From Octopus bimaculoides (taxonomy: Eukaryota), in contig NC_068982.1 in assembly GCF_001194135.2 (NCBI RefSeq), positions 8,595,575-8,659,574 of the forward strand: 64,000 bases of DNA, read 5' to 3'. The notes beneath the pieces were generated by a model. The model was not told where the DNA came from. It saw only the letters and a program-made list of their open reading frames with translations, and did no database searches. Both the position numbers and the translations under genes were made by a program. Positions 28,537 to 42,101 of this stretch are shown in pieces. Numbering within the stretch: position 1 is the stretch's first letter; each line of letters opens with the position of its first letter.

Positions 28537-30201
28537 AATTAAAATGAATGAACTATGATAGTTCGATGCATGCTACAAATGTTTCGATAGCATTGTAATT
28601 AATGCTTTACCGGTGTATTACGGAATCGGAAATCACCTGCCGTTTTATTGGGCATTTTCAACTATCGGTAGAATAACCGAACTGCATATTTATGTATATG
28701 TATGAACATTTAAGTGGATGTTAACGTATGATCCTTCGATGAACCATTCTGCCTGTTTATGAAATTAGCGACATGGGACACTATTCAACTGGTATATTTT
28801 CTCTTAGCCTAATTTATTGGTGGAATTAATGTTACATTGTCACAAGATTGAATTATAAGTACGGTTCTGAACAGTTTCTGTCCGGTCAATTTCACTTACA
28901 ATACTTGGTATTACACGAAGCAATTCTTGTGGTATTTGCTTGAAATGCCAAGCAGTAAATTAAACATGGATTCTCAATGATTATGAAGTGAAACACTTAA
29001 CCACTCAAGCCTTGCGCCTATACAACCCACATTCCCCCATATAAATATATGTGTATGTATCTATATATGTGTGTGCGCGTGTACTTGCGTGTGTGTGTGT
29101 ATATGTGTATATGTACATGTGTATGTGTCCGTGTATTTATGTGCGTGTGTGTTATGTGTGTACGTGAGCTGTATGGCTGTGAGACATGAAGTCGATGTTA
29201 TAAGACACCAAATGCCAGTAAATTTAATGTCCGTATAAGATTCTGTCAATACTGCTTATGCATTCTGAAACCATCCACGTTACCAATGCCAATAGGACAA
29301 TTGTAAACTGTACACGCATCAACTGAGACAGCACGGATATACAAAATTCATTTCTGACTCGCAGCTCCCTGGAACGATCATAGACGACCAGTTACACCAT
29401 GGTCAGTGTTTACCTGGACATCCACAACAATTACTGAAAGACCTGCCACGTCAAAGAACATAAGAGAAATGCTTTAAAAAGGGAGACAATCACTATACTT
29501 ACTGTTCACATTGTCATTGCTATAGTTGTACGGTTTACGTTATACAGGTGCTACCAGGAGAAACAAGAAAAGTATTGTGGACATATATTAATACACTGTC
29601 TGCAACGGAAATCCCATTTGTCTCCTCTGAAATTGACTTTTACTCGAAAGATAGTAATGTACAATCAGAATGCTAGAGCATGACCCCACCACACGCGAAC
29701 ACCCCACACATTTATACAAACACAGAAACGTGTAAACATATACATGCATACACAAACATGTGTTTGTGTATGCATGTATGTGTATATATGCGTTTTATAT
29801 ATGTACATATGGCTGTTCAACATATACATATGTACACATATGTGTGTATATGTATGCACATATTGGCGTTCAGTGAAATTATAAACAATGGCACTTGGTT
29901 CTTTAGACTTAAAGGACCGGTAACTTCTGGTTGACGAGAGACAACATACTGAAACACCGGTTTCGTTTGTGCCAGTAAGCCTAGTGTCTTACAAACACAT
30001 CGGCATCGTAAAAGGGAAGTTATTGTGTGACGTACACAACAAGCGACTGGCTTATTTGCGTTCGAGTCTTCGGAAACGTATTAAGAAAATACATAATCAA
30101 AACATCGTTTCAAATCTCCCTGTACACATTAATATATACATACGTGTATTCTTGCGTATGTGTGCATGTTTGTGTGCGTGTGTGTGAATGTGTGTGTGTG
30201 C

Positions 30202-30241
<40 letters not shown>

Positions 30242-30331
30242 ATATATATATAAAGAAAAAACAAAAGACGAAAAGAGATGGTGTAGAAAACAAACAGATC
30301 TACTAGTATAACGCTCGGGGAGTGAAAAAGT

Positions 30332-30367
30332 CTTTAACGTTTCCAGCCTACGCTCTTCCACAGAAAG
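30332..30367 (-). ncRNA. Degenerate hammerhead-like motif in a repeat tail (related partial copy at ~54523-54555)
   Basis: CUUU-CUGUGGA-A-GAGCGUAGGCUG-GAAAC-GUU-AAAG: stem I and loopless stem III present, but the core deviates from CUGANGA. Confidence 0.35.
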
Positions 30368-30569
30368 GAACGCAGAAAGAAACAAGGAGAGAAGCAAAGA
30401 GAGAGGGGGATAGTGAGAGGGGAGAGCGAGAGAAGGGGGCCAAGGAACTGAAGCGCACCGCCTTTGTGAGAAGACGTGAAAGATATGCAGCGATATATGT
30501 ATAGAAGTTCCTAGAAGTTCTATCAACTTTAGAATTGAAATCTTTATAGAACTCAATTTAAGGGACCGC

Positions 30570-30815
30570 CTCTCCTTTATCTCGTTTCAGTCAATAGACT
30601 GCAACCATGCTGAGGCCTTGAAAGATTTTAGTCGAAGTAGTCGACCCCTGTACTTATTTTGTTTTTAAGCCTCATACTTATTCCATTGGTTTTCTTTTGC
30701 TGAACCACTGAGTTACGAGGATGTAAACAAACCAGCACTGGTTATCAAGCGTTGTTGGAGAAAAAACACAGACACAAATACACACACGCATACAGATGCA
30801 TAAACACACACACAC

Positions 30816-30873
<58 letters not shown>

Positions 30874-31046
30874 GTATGTACACACAACACGTTCTTGTTT
30901 CGGTATCGGTCTATCAAATCCATTTACAAGGCTTTGGTTGGCCTTAGGCTTTAGAAGACACCTGTCCAAGGTGCAATGCAATGACAGTGAACCCGGAACC
31001 AGGTGGTTGGGAAGCAAAAGTTTTATCATATAACCGCGCCTGCGCC
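30570..31046 (-). mobile_element. SINE family A, near full length
   Basis: Head aggcgcaggcgcgg, body, internal (TA)n(TG)n, and tail ending in cagcatggttgcagtc..tgactgaaac. Confidence 0.82.
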
Positions 31047-31507
31047 TATTCAAAAATCTACTCGATTTCCCCAGAAATTTGTGAGGTGTACATGTGGAGG
31101 TCTCCAAAGAATACATCTGATAAGATTTTTATTCGAGATACCTGGTGAATTCATATAACAGTATGAGGCACAGGGAAGAGCAGCTCTGTTCAACTCGCTA
31201 CTTCATGAGAAGCAATAAGAGAAAAGGAACTCAACCACACAGGAAGCTGATGATGCAGCATGGCCGCTTTCTGGCTGAAACCATAAAAAATAAACAGACG
31301 TTTACACGTAAGTGTGTGTGTATCTGTATTATTTGATTTATATGTTTAACTAATAAACTGTATATCTGTGTACCTGTTCGTATGTGTGTGTGTGTGTGTA
31401 TGTGTGTGCTAATCTCCTAAGAACTAGATAATTTTGTGTGATGACGGCTCTGATTTTCTGTGGGAGGTTGATAGGAGACGAGATTTCCTTTTGGACAGAG
31501 TGGAAAT

Positions 31508-31998
31508 CTACAGTTACTCTATCCAGATTAAAAGTTCAGGTTTACACCTGTAATTATTGGGGTGCTGGGATATGTAACACATTGCCTAAATACCTATCTG
31601 GAGAAATTAGGCTTCTCCAAATGAGAAAGGAGAAATCTAATTCAAAGACTACAGATCCAATCCATCTCTAGAACTGTAAAAATCTGTAAAACTTTCCAGA
31701 AGTGTATCATTTGAATATAGATTAGCATGTCTAGATATGTAACTATATGAATGAGAATACATACATAAAACAAAATGTACGTACATACATACATACATAC
31801 AGACAGACAGACACATGCAGACAGATACAGACAGACAGATAGTTAGATACAGACAGACAGACATGTATGCATGCATACATATATACAAAAGTACCCTGTT
31901 GATATTGCTGAAATTCCTGTGAAGGAGCCTTGTATGTAAGTTAGAAACCGGTTCCTTTTCTGCTGGCATGAAATTTTGAAATAAAACTAAACAACGAT
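31508..31998 (+). mobile_element. RLE-LINE 3' end (same family as 2661-2867) with (CATA)n tail
   Basis: LQLLYPD*KFRFTPVIIGVLGYVTHCLNTYLEKLGFSK*ERRNLIQRLQIQSISRTVKICKTF at 31508-31714; 3' UTR followed by (ACAT)n at ~32000. Confidence 0.75.
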
Positions 31999-33562
31999 AT
32001 ACATACATACATACATACATACAACACGAGGTTAAAGAAAGTAAAATCCGCAGAATATTCCGTATGCACGGAATCGATAAGCTACAAAGTGTTGGCCTTG
32101 GCATTTGTTGACCGTTCTTTGACTTTTTACTAGTTGCAATCTGGTCTATTTATGCTTTAATCCGAAATCGTTAACACATATCTGAAATGTCCCACTTTGC
32201 AGTGATATAGACGTCCTCTTGGAACGAAACCTGTCATTGGATGTTGCATCATATTACTCTGATAAGATCTACTAACGACCACATATCGAAGTCCATCATT
32301 GATCAAATCTTCACACGTGACCAATAACTTCACTAGAGTCGGAAAAGAGCTTTTCATGTTTCCTGACAACTGATGAAAAACATACGCTCATAGAAAATGC
32401 AAAGGTTTAAGTTTACTTTTCATCAGAAGATTAACTCCGTACAATGATAACAACATGGAGAAACAATACAATGTATCGGTTCTTGACAACCGTTATATTA
32501 GGTCCCACTTTGACTGATATGCTTTTGTAATGAAAAGCAACAAATAAATACAAAATACATGACGCACAAAAGAGAAATTTGCAGATATCAACCTTGTTGC
32601 AACAACCGATACAGGCTCTGTGGATTAATATTGAAGATATCATTCATATTAATAATAATTGTCCGAAAATATATTCACTGTATTACCACCTATCTATTAA
32701 ACATGTATAGCAGCCAAAACAGAAAAAAACCCTCCACTTCTTCTAGCTTCTTATCCAGATGGTTCCATGTTCAATCTTACTACGCGACACAGGATCAAAA
32801 TAATATTTACCGTAACATATCGTTCATCGCATGTTTGTTCGTGGACTATAAGCAGGAATGAATGGGGGTTGTGCGCTGATGGATAACAAGTGGACTTCTT
32901 AAACGCAGTGCCGTTTCTGTGAAATATTTTTTGCTAAACATTTTATGAAGATGCATATATTTCTTTCCCTGTAACAATATTTTTGAAAAACGTTTCACGC
33001 CACACCAATATGAAGACAAATCAAGCAAAGGCCATACAATTTAAATGTTCTTTAATTCTCATTAACTTTGGGAGTTCTTTCATGAATTTAAAAGTTCCCC
33101 TGAGAATCAAAAACAAAAACATAAAAAATATTATGAACAGAATCAGCCGCGAAACTCTATAATATTCAGAAATACTTGAATTTATAATATGCAACATTAT
33201 TCATTAAAAATATACAGAATACTAACGACAACCACCACCAAATATAATGATTTCGAACTTTAGCCAGGGAGAGAGGAGAGAGGTAAGGCGATTACACAAG
33301 TCCCAGTTATGTGCTGGTACTTGTTTTAGCGACCCCGAAAGGATGAGAAGCATAGTCCACCTCGTCAGAATTTGAACTCAAAACGTAAAGTTAGATGAAA
33401 TGCCGCTAAACATTTTGCCCAATGTTTTGCTCTCTTACCACTCTAACAAACATTAAAATAATGAGAATAAAACATAACACTCAAATTCTAAAGAAATTTC
33501 CCTAAGCATCTTTCACGGATTAGCAATGAAGGAATAAGGTTTTAAAAGTATAATAACAATAT

Positions 33563-33724
33563 CCCTGACGCGGTACCAATGCCTTGCCGCGGTACCAATG
33601 CCCTGACGCGGTACCAATGCCAATGCCTTGATGAGGTGACAATGCCCTGACGCGGTACCGTCAATGCCTTGATGTAGTACCAATGCTTTGATGCAATACC
33701 TTCAAAGCCCTGATGCAGTACCAG
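33563..33724. repeat. ~19-20-bp minisatellite (GCCCTGA[C/T]GCGGTACCAAT-like), ~8 diverging units
   Basis: Tandem units read directly; no unique spacers. Confidence 0.85.
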
Positions 33725-33829
33725 GTATTGGCTCTTAAGGCTTCTCATCTTAACTGGTTGGAAGTGTAACCACGTATATAGTTTTGTCTTGGTATAAATG
33801 ACGGGCTACCCATGCAAAGATCTCATAAT

Positions 33830-33990
33830 CATCGCAAATGGTCGCTAAGGCGCGCGTGTCCGAGATCCTGCTCTCACTGGCAGTTATTACACCTAATGTT
33901 CGCCACCTGAAGTCATTGAGCAAGCGAGGTTGCTTCCATGACGACCCCAGGCCGCGTACATTTATACTGCCCACTCTGAGCAATACCATG
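33830..33990 (-). mobile_element. L1/Tx1-clade apurinic endonuclease N-terminal remnant
   Basis: LRVGSINVRGLGSSWKQPRLLNDFRWRTLGVITASESRI in ORF 33750-34049 matches the start of an APE domain (S-x-N-V-R-G-L ... E-T/S). Confidence 0.7.
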
Positions 33991-34597
33991 CTGGAAGATG
34001 GGAATGTGTGAAAGTAGGAAAGAGAGAGGGAGAGAGAGCTACTTACCAAGGCTTTGTGGGGGAGTAGGCGTGCCTACTCTGTCGCTCTCATTGGATGTGG
34101 GTTATTTTCCCCAACAGTTCCATGTAAAGCCTGATATTGAGGTCCTTTTGAATGTCCGGTACAAACTGGAGATATCTAGATTTCAAAATTTTGTAGTCGC
34201 TTTGAGTAGTTTTAAGTGTGCCGGTATATTTGTGGTTGGTGTGAGATAATTGGTTTCATTAATATCCATGTATTTGTGAATGTGTTCTATTAGTTCGTTA
34301 TTTTTTGTGCTTATAGCCGTGAGATTTATAATGTCTGGTTTATGATCATTTGGTGTAATGCAGTCCGTCTGGTGTGTATGTAGGCTATGTTATGTATGTG
34401 ATGGTTGTGGTGGTGGTCGCGGAGATGATGTTATCGTTGCCTGTATGTGTGTGTAGGTGAATTTATGCATGGTGTGCTGTTCTTACTGTTCGTTCCCTCC
34501 TCTATTTTCTCGTACTTGCTTGTTTTTTCTGGTTATCGCTTGTGCTGTTCCGGTTTTTCGTTCCTTTGCGTGTGTCCTTGTTTGTCCCCTCTATGTC

Positions 34598-34838
34598 CAG
34601 ATCAACGGAACAGCTTACTTGTGGAATTAATGTGCTAGTGGCTGAACACTCTATAAACACGTGACACAGAATTTGACAAGGCTGGCCATCTGAACTAAAA
34701 TAACAACTCATTTTTGCTTACTGAATTGACTGGAGCAACATGAAACATACTGTTTAGCTCAAATATAGAAAGCGCCGCTGGGAATCACACTCAAGCTCGT
34801 GGATCGAATATCGCAATCACTAAGCTATACGCCTACAC
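34598..34838 (-). mobile_element. SINE family C copy
   Basis: gatcaacggaacagc ... gtggctgaacactc ... caaggctggcc body shared with other family C copies. Confidence 0.72.
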
Positions 34839-36105
34839 CTATGTCACAATACAAATACATTGTTATTAAATAATACGCGAAGATATAGAAATGATATATT
34901 AACTATGCTACGTTCATCACTCCTTTCAATGGATTTCATTTTCAAATTGCTTGTCGTCAAATGAACATCTTCCCCACGTTAGAGTGTTGAAGGTGCGGAG
35001 TTTGTCGAAAGGGACCCGAGTGTTTCGGTACGATTGCACGTTGTCAATAACATGAAACAACCTTACAAATTATATATTTCATACGAAATATTACACACAC
35101 ACAAGCACATACACATATATGTGTGCCTGTGTGTGTGAACGTGTATGTGTGGTGTATGTGTGTGCATATCCGCATAACAGCATATTCACATTCGTATGTA
35201 GTGATTCATCCTCATCTGTAATTATATACATCTTTAGCCGCAGCTAATGTTACTTCAGAACTTCCCATTCGCATATTCAAAGCCAATTTTTATACCACTT
35301 GGTCTGCATTAAATAAAACTTGATGCAAAAATGCTCGGCAGAGGATGACGTGAAAGAATTAGGGAGAGAGAGAAAGAGAGAAGGAGAGAGACATTGAAAT
35401 AAAGAGAAAGTGTGACACAGAAAGAGAAAGAGACAGGGAGTGAAAAGAAAATCGATTAATATTTAGATGAAATAAGGAATAATCAAACACGTTAAATACT
35501 GTCATCACAATCAAGCCCAAACGATCAAGGGAAAGTAAGTCCTTTATGAAATGATTAAACATGTAATAAATAAATATAACGAGGAAATAACATTCTTTGA
35601 TTGCATTAAAATACAAACAATACTCCTGTACACACCCACTTGAAAATGCGCATAAACTGAGACGTGTGTGTGTGTGTGCGTGTATTTGTGTGAGTGTAAA
35701 TGTTTTAGGTCATGTATATATATTTTTAATCTTTATATAATCAATTTACTCTTCAAAAAAATATATAAATAAATAAGGAAGTGGAGAATTACTTCTCCTG
35801 CTTCTAATAATGACAGTCACAGTATACCTCACCTAAAATTAATTTCTTTTCCGATTCATTCGTAAAAAAATCGCTTCTGCTACTAATATGAAATGTCAAC
35901 GAATTATGAAATCATAATATTGTCACAAAGAACTTAGTTGTGATTAGCATAAGCGAAACCGGTCGTATATGTAAATATCTTATTTCATATACATGTGTAT
36001 GTGTTTGTCTGCGCGCATATGTACTTTTTTCCAACACAAACTTTCTGTGCCCTTTCCATGTTTTCATATCTTGTATTACAATTCACCCAGTAGAATTATT
36101 TTTCG

Positions 36106-36148
<43 letters not shown>

Positions 36149-36532
36149 CATTGGAAAATATAAGGACACAAATAGTGTGTCGTATAGCCAGCTAGAAGTG
36201 ATCTTTCTTGGGGCTAAAACAGCAGTTACATCGTCCCTTTCGGGACAGCCACATTATGTTGATAAATAACCTTTAAAGAAATGTTACTGAATATCTTTTT
36301 TCGAGAGATTTAGAAATAATAATATTTATTTACACACACACACATATATACACACACACACATACACACACACACACACATACACACGCGCGCGCGCATG
36401 CATATAGTTTAATGTCCCGTTAACGTAGGCACACAAAAATTACTCCATCCAGTGAGAAATAAATATCATTAAGCGTCCATAGTTCTAAAACAAAAGATAC
36501 TAGTAGTTCCTTGCTATACATACATAAATAAC

Positions 36533-37225
36533 CGCAGGCGTGGCTGTGTGGTAAGAAGCTTCCTTCCGGTTTATGGTTATTCAGTTGCATTGTTGGATTT
36601 GTCTGAGATAAACGTGTTTTTTAACTGTGCGTGTTTCATTTCATCTTTCATTGTATAATTTCATTCATTCTATTCGGGTTTTTTTGTCCCCATCTTGTAC
36701 TGTCCCCTCTATGTAAGGCCCTTATGGCCAATTTTCACGAAATAAAGGAGCTTGCTTCCCAACCACTTAGTTACGGGTTCAGTCCCACTGCATGGCACCT
36801 TCGGCAGGTGTTTTCTACTATAGCTTTGGGCCTACCAAAGCCTGCTGGGTGAATTTGTTAGATGGAAACTGGAAGAAGTCCGTCTTACACATCCACACGC
36901 ACATGTAAGTATGTACAAAGTATATAATGTTATTTATATAATTATAATATTATAATAAGGGCAACTACCAAGTAATGCCACATGCTAGAAGAAGTTGCCA
37001 TTATTATAATTTTATAATTATATGTATAAAATTATAAACTTTATATTAATTTTTACCTTAATTGATTTTTAGATGCTAGCTACTTGATATAATCTTATAT
37101 AGGTTTTAACTGTGATTATAATTGATACGTATGTATGTATATATTTATGAGTGTGTGGCTGTGTTTGTCTCCCCGCCATCACTTGACAACTGGTGCTGGT
37201 GTGTTTATGTCCCCATACATATATA
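36533..37225 (+). mobile_element. SINE family A, interrupted copy
   Basis: Head cgcaggcgtggctgtgtggtaagaagc, insert 36568-36748, body to ~36888, tail fragment ~37150-37225. Confidence 0.72.
36568..36748 (+). mobile_element. 181-bp retro-insert in a SINE A head, with 11-bp TSD
   Basis: agcttccttcc (36557-67) / agcttgcttcc (36749-59) flank an insert ending in aataaagg; the SINE continues exactly after the insert. Confidence 0.7.
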
Positions 37226-39197
37226 CTCGTAATTGTGTCCACACAGTGGTGCGTGGGAGTATGTATCTCTTTATGGCTTGGCATACATTCATACACTCTT
37301 TATATGTATGTATACCAGCTTCACTAGACTTTTGTTTTTAAGTATGTACTATCTGCTATCATAAATTGTGTATTGAAATGTGTAGCTTTATTACTTTTGT
37401 TAATTCGTTTTGGTCGTTCTGTTTCTTGTTATTTTTTTTTGTATTCTAGTCTAGTAGATTCTGCCTTCGGGATTTGTTTCGCTTCTGTACATTGTCTACG
37501 CATAAAGTCGTACGGATGTGTTGAGCGGCTGATCATCATGGTTTATTTATCAATGCAGCTTCCTATCTTGTGTGCCGTTTGCAAATAATAGTTGCATTTT
37601 TACATCGTCAATCAGTGTTGCTTTCACGGTATACTTCATTTCTGTTTTTAGAATCTACATGTGGGTTTGTTTTACAGTCATTGCAGGGACTTTTTCATGA
37701 AAGTCTATCTTACACTAGTTAACGGTATACTAGACCTGCCTGGTTTCTACACAGCTGAAATTGAATGCTTATGTTGATTAAAGCATTCCTAAATCTGTAA
37801 GTTAGTTTGTATGCAAGTGTTGTATCAACAAACATTACTCTTTGAAGTATGAAATAAAATTATGCTTTACCTAATTACACATTTCTTCTAACCTGCTCCG
37901 GGACTTGCCTCATTACATGGGACATATGCCATTGATTCTATTGACGGCGGAAAAAGTTTCCTCGGAACCTTTCTATCACCAAACTTGACGATCTTAGTTA
38001 TATCCGCAGAATCAGTTTACTTGTGAAATCTGGTAAATATTTTTGTAATTAAGATGGTTGACACACATGATGCACTTGCAAACCTCGCAATAAGTTCGTT
38101 ATCAATATGCTTATTTGAATGCTTGCCGATACATATAAGGCCCCGTGTAGGTGGACCATAGCTTTCTGATAATGGGGAAAGATTTGTGTTTTATTATTTA
38201 TTATTATGATTTGTAGTCAGTCTATTGTGAGGCCTCTATTTTGGGGAGTGTGGAGAAACAGTCTATTCTCCATTGTAATACTCTGGTGGATGATGTCAGA
38301 TATTTGCTGGATCTTTTTCATATGTGCTCTTTTGTAACTATGGGACAACATTTTGATTGATTGCATTTAACATTATAGCTATGTCGTCTATGTATCTGAA
38401 TGTGCATTATCATAGCAGATATTTCATTTTTTGTTTCTGTTAGCAGTTGTTAAAAATCTTATTCCACTATACCATAAAGACACTGACTACACGATATAAG
38501 CATTACTATTAGCGATGTTTACTTCCTTTTCATAAAAGTACAGCCTAATATTGTATTCATATATATGTGACCTTTCATCGATCTTATGTTAGCATTGATA
38601 TTGTGTGCCATCATGATCTCAGTTGATAGGGTTGTTTCTTACATTCCAATATTCAATGGAAATTCATTTTGCCGCTATGCCAAAGTGAATGGACAGTCAC
38701 ATTCATATCTGCAGAATAGATTCACTTAAAACCTTATTTATGTAAATACTCATTGCTATGCAGCATATTTTGGAATAATCCTAGTTTGTAGATATCAACA
38801 TAGCAAAAGAATAAGCAAAAAAAAAAAAAAAAACACCAATTTTGTAAATCATCTCTATGCATTTCTTTATAGCAAAATGAAGATCGATAGACGGCAATAA
38901 AAATACTACATCCAAGGTAACAATTATCTTAACTGTAAGGTCGTAAGAGTGGATGCACTCATAGATCTTGCTGAAAACATTTCTCTGGAGATGTGGGATC
39001 TGCAAATCCACGAAATTGGAGATCTTCCAACAAAATCCTTGCTAGGTTTATGAGCCTTTCTAAATCTAGATAATGCAGGTACGGCATTGTTAATGATTTA
39101 GAATCCATTTTCATTATATTTTTTCGTTTCATGAATGCTAAACCACGTCACCATATCGGCACTGAGGAGCTTTCAAGTAATGTTTTCTTCTTGTATA

Positions 39198-39511
39198 TTA
39201 TTTACATTATTTACGCTACGCCATATGCGTGTGGGCATATAGCGTAGTGGTTAAGAACGTGGGCTACTAACCCTAAGATTCCGAATTCAATTCCAGGCAG
39301 TGATATGAATAATAATAATAATAATAATAACAACAACAACAACAATAACATCCAAAAATACCTTAGGAATGAGAAGCCAGGTTCGAAATTTCCCCAAGAC
39401 ACCTAATGAAGGCTGGAGGGTATATCAGCTGAAACGTTGTGTTAACAACAAACAAGATGAGGACAAATATCCGTCAAATGTAAATTCCTCGTCTCTTAAA
39501 TATAGAACTGT
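39198..39511 (+). mobile_element. Palindromic tRNA-head/hammerhead element, copy 2 (centre + right arm; left arm mostly deleted)
   Basis: Centre gctacgccatatgcgtgtgggcatatagcgtagtgg; tRNA-like head 39233-39305; (TAA/CAA)n; HHR motif 39398-39443 (core CTAATGA); terminus ctcttaaatatagaactgt. Confidence 0.85.
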
Positions 39512-39669
39512 TTTCTTTTGTTGTAAAGTTTTTCATGTCATTGGAGTTTGTCTGATAATTTGGACATGATTTTATTAAACGCGTTCGTAAGGAAGTACGC
39601 TACTGGCAACTAAACTACAGTTTAGGCTTTGACAGAATGGTTCATACTGCGCAGATCCAAGCAAATGTG

Positions 39670-39850
39670 CGTAACATTCACGCAGCTTTTTGATCAACTC
39701 TTCAGCGAAAACGACGGGTCACAGAAACTAATGAACTTTAGTACCAAACTCGACGGCTTGTCGCGACTCTCACAAGGACAGGTTAGACTTTGGGTAAGGC
39801 CAATAACAACAACTGAGATGCGAGATGTATTGAGTGTTTGCCACAATCAC
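39670..39850 (+). mobile_element. L1/Tx1-like ORF2 EN-RT linker remnant
   Basis: FDQLFSENDGSQKLMNFSTKLDGLSRLSQGQVRLWVRPITTTEMRDVL resembles the L-P-R-L-S ... P-I-T-x-x-E linker. Confidence 0.5.
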
Positions 39851-40514
39851 ACATCTTTTCACAATTTCACTGAGATGTGGGACTTTAATATCCCCACCTT
39901 CACTTTTTTTCCTAGTAGAACTTTAAAAATCGTGCAATCTTTAAAATGGTATGCAATCTTTCAAAATGTCGGGCAATCTCGTTATCATCAGCATCATCAG
40001 CATCTTATTGTTGTTGTTGTTGCTGTTTATGGCAAAGGCTAGACGCATCCCGAGCGCTCTGTGATTTATCCAATTTTTTTCATTGTCATAATTCTATTTT
40101 TGTTTCCCTTCTGCTTTATAGCGTGTCATTAATTACAGCAGACCACAGGGGTTAATAACAGCAGACCATAGGGGTCATGCGCCCTAATGGGCGAATTTTT
40201 GAATAGAATGTGTTTTCTTATCGGAATAGTGTTAAAAAATTGAATATGGTGGAGACTTCGCCAAACGGAGAAGAGAGGAAGGTGGGAGGTAATTTTGAAA
40301 GCGAAGTTGGTTTTTGGAGTCGATTTTCAATAAACATGGAAAGTGGTAATAGCAGTAGAAAAACCACCACCAGCACCACCACCACTACCATCACCACCAT
40401 CACCACTTCCACACCAGCAGCATCACCACCTCAACACCAGCAGCAGCAGTACCACTACCAGCAGAGTCGGGCATTCAGAAAAAAATATAATCTGTCGAAA
40501 GACAATTTATGAAA

Positions 40515-40676
40515 TGCAGTGGCTGTGGGGTAAAAAGCTTGCTTCCCAGCCACACGGTACCGGGTTCAGTCCCACTGAAAATGGAACTGAACCCAGAAAG
40601 TGTATTCTGCTACAGCCTTGGACCGACCAAAACCTTGTGAGTGGATATGGTAGACGGAAACTGAAAGAAGCCCATC

Positions 40677-40708
<32 letters not shown>

Positions 40709-41165
40709 NNNNNNNNNNNNNNNNNNNNNNNNNNNNNNNNNNNNNNNNNNNNNNNNNNNNNNNNNNNNNNNNNNNNNNNNNNNNNNNNNNNNNNNNNNNN
40801 NNNNNNNNNNNNNNNNNNNNNNNNNNNNNNNNNNNNNNNNNNNNNNNNNNNNNNNNNNNNNNNNNNNNNNNNNNNNNNNNNNNNNNNNNNNNNNNNNNNN
40901 NNNNNNNNNNNNNNNNNNNNNNNNNNNNNNNNNNNNNNNNNNNNNNNNNNNNNNNNNNNNNNNNNNNNNNNNNNNNNNNNNNNNNNNNNNNNNNNNNNNN
41001 NNNNNNNNNNNNNNNNNNNNNNNNNNNNNNNNNNNNNNNNNNNNNNNNNNNNNNNNNNNNNNNNNNNNNNNNNNNNNNNNNNNNNNNNNNNNNNNNNNNN
41101 NNNNNNNNNNNNNNNNNNNNNNNNNNNNNNNNNNNNNNNNNNNNNNNNNNNNNNNNNNNNNNNNN

Positions 41166-41233
<68 letters not shown>

Positions 41234-41390
41234 ATATATATATACATATATATATGTGCGTGTTTGTGTGTGTGTATTTGTTATTTGTGGCTGTGTTTGT
41301 CCCCCTATCATCGCTTGACAACTGATGTCGGTGTGTTTACGCTCTCGAAAATAGCAGTTCGGCAAAAGATGTCGATAGAATAGGTACTAA
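40515..41390 (+). mobile_element. SINE family A spanning an assembly gap in its internal microsatellite
   Basis: 5' half 40515-40680, gap 40709-41165, tail 41285-41390. Confidence 0.78.
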
Positions 41391-41647
41391 TATGTGTGTG
41401 TGAGTTTGTGTGTGTATGTGTCCTAAAAAAAAAGATGAAAGAAGTGTAATTATTAACACTCCTGAAGCCATTGTACTGGACACATTGACTGAGAAGGACA
41501 ATAAGTTATAAAACAATAGGAGTTAAAACTCGTAGATTAGAACGGGCAACACAGCAGCAAATCGAGAAATGCTTTATGTCCAGTAAAAGACACTCAAACG
41601 CACGTTGCAAGGGGGAAGAAATATGGCATTGTAGTAGTAGTACTACT

Positions 41648-42012
41648 ATCAAGGCAGCCAGCTGATAGAATCGTTTGCACGCCGGACAAAATGCTTTGTG
41701 ACATTTCATCCGACTTTACCTTCTCCGTTCAAGTCCTGCCGAGGTCAAATTTGCCTTTTATTCTCTCAGGACCGAACATTGCGGGAGTTGAGGTCGATGT
41801 AATCGACCTAATTTCAGATCTTGTGCCAATTGTAGAATACTTAGCGGTATTTCGCCCGTTGCTACGTTCTGAGTTTAAATTCCACAGAGCTCGACTGTAG
41901 CTTTCTTCCTTTCGGAGTTGATAAATTAAGTACCAGTCAAGTGCTGGGGTCGATATGATCGAATATCTCCCTCCCCACCAAAATTTCTGGACTTGTGCCT
42001 ATAGTAGAAAGA

Positions 42013-42101
<89 letters not shown>

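Noticed and set aside
38874-38917. Apparent exon with good AG acceptor and GTAACA donor
   Set aside because: All three frames contain stops; no supporting neighbouring exons.
40343-40512. Pro/His/Gln/Thr-rich ORFs resembling a transcription factor
   Set aside because: All frames derive from a degenerate (CAC/CAG)n tract running into a SINE; no domain or splice support.
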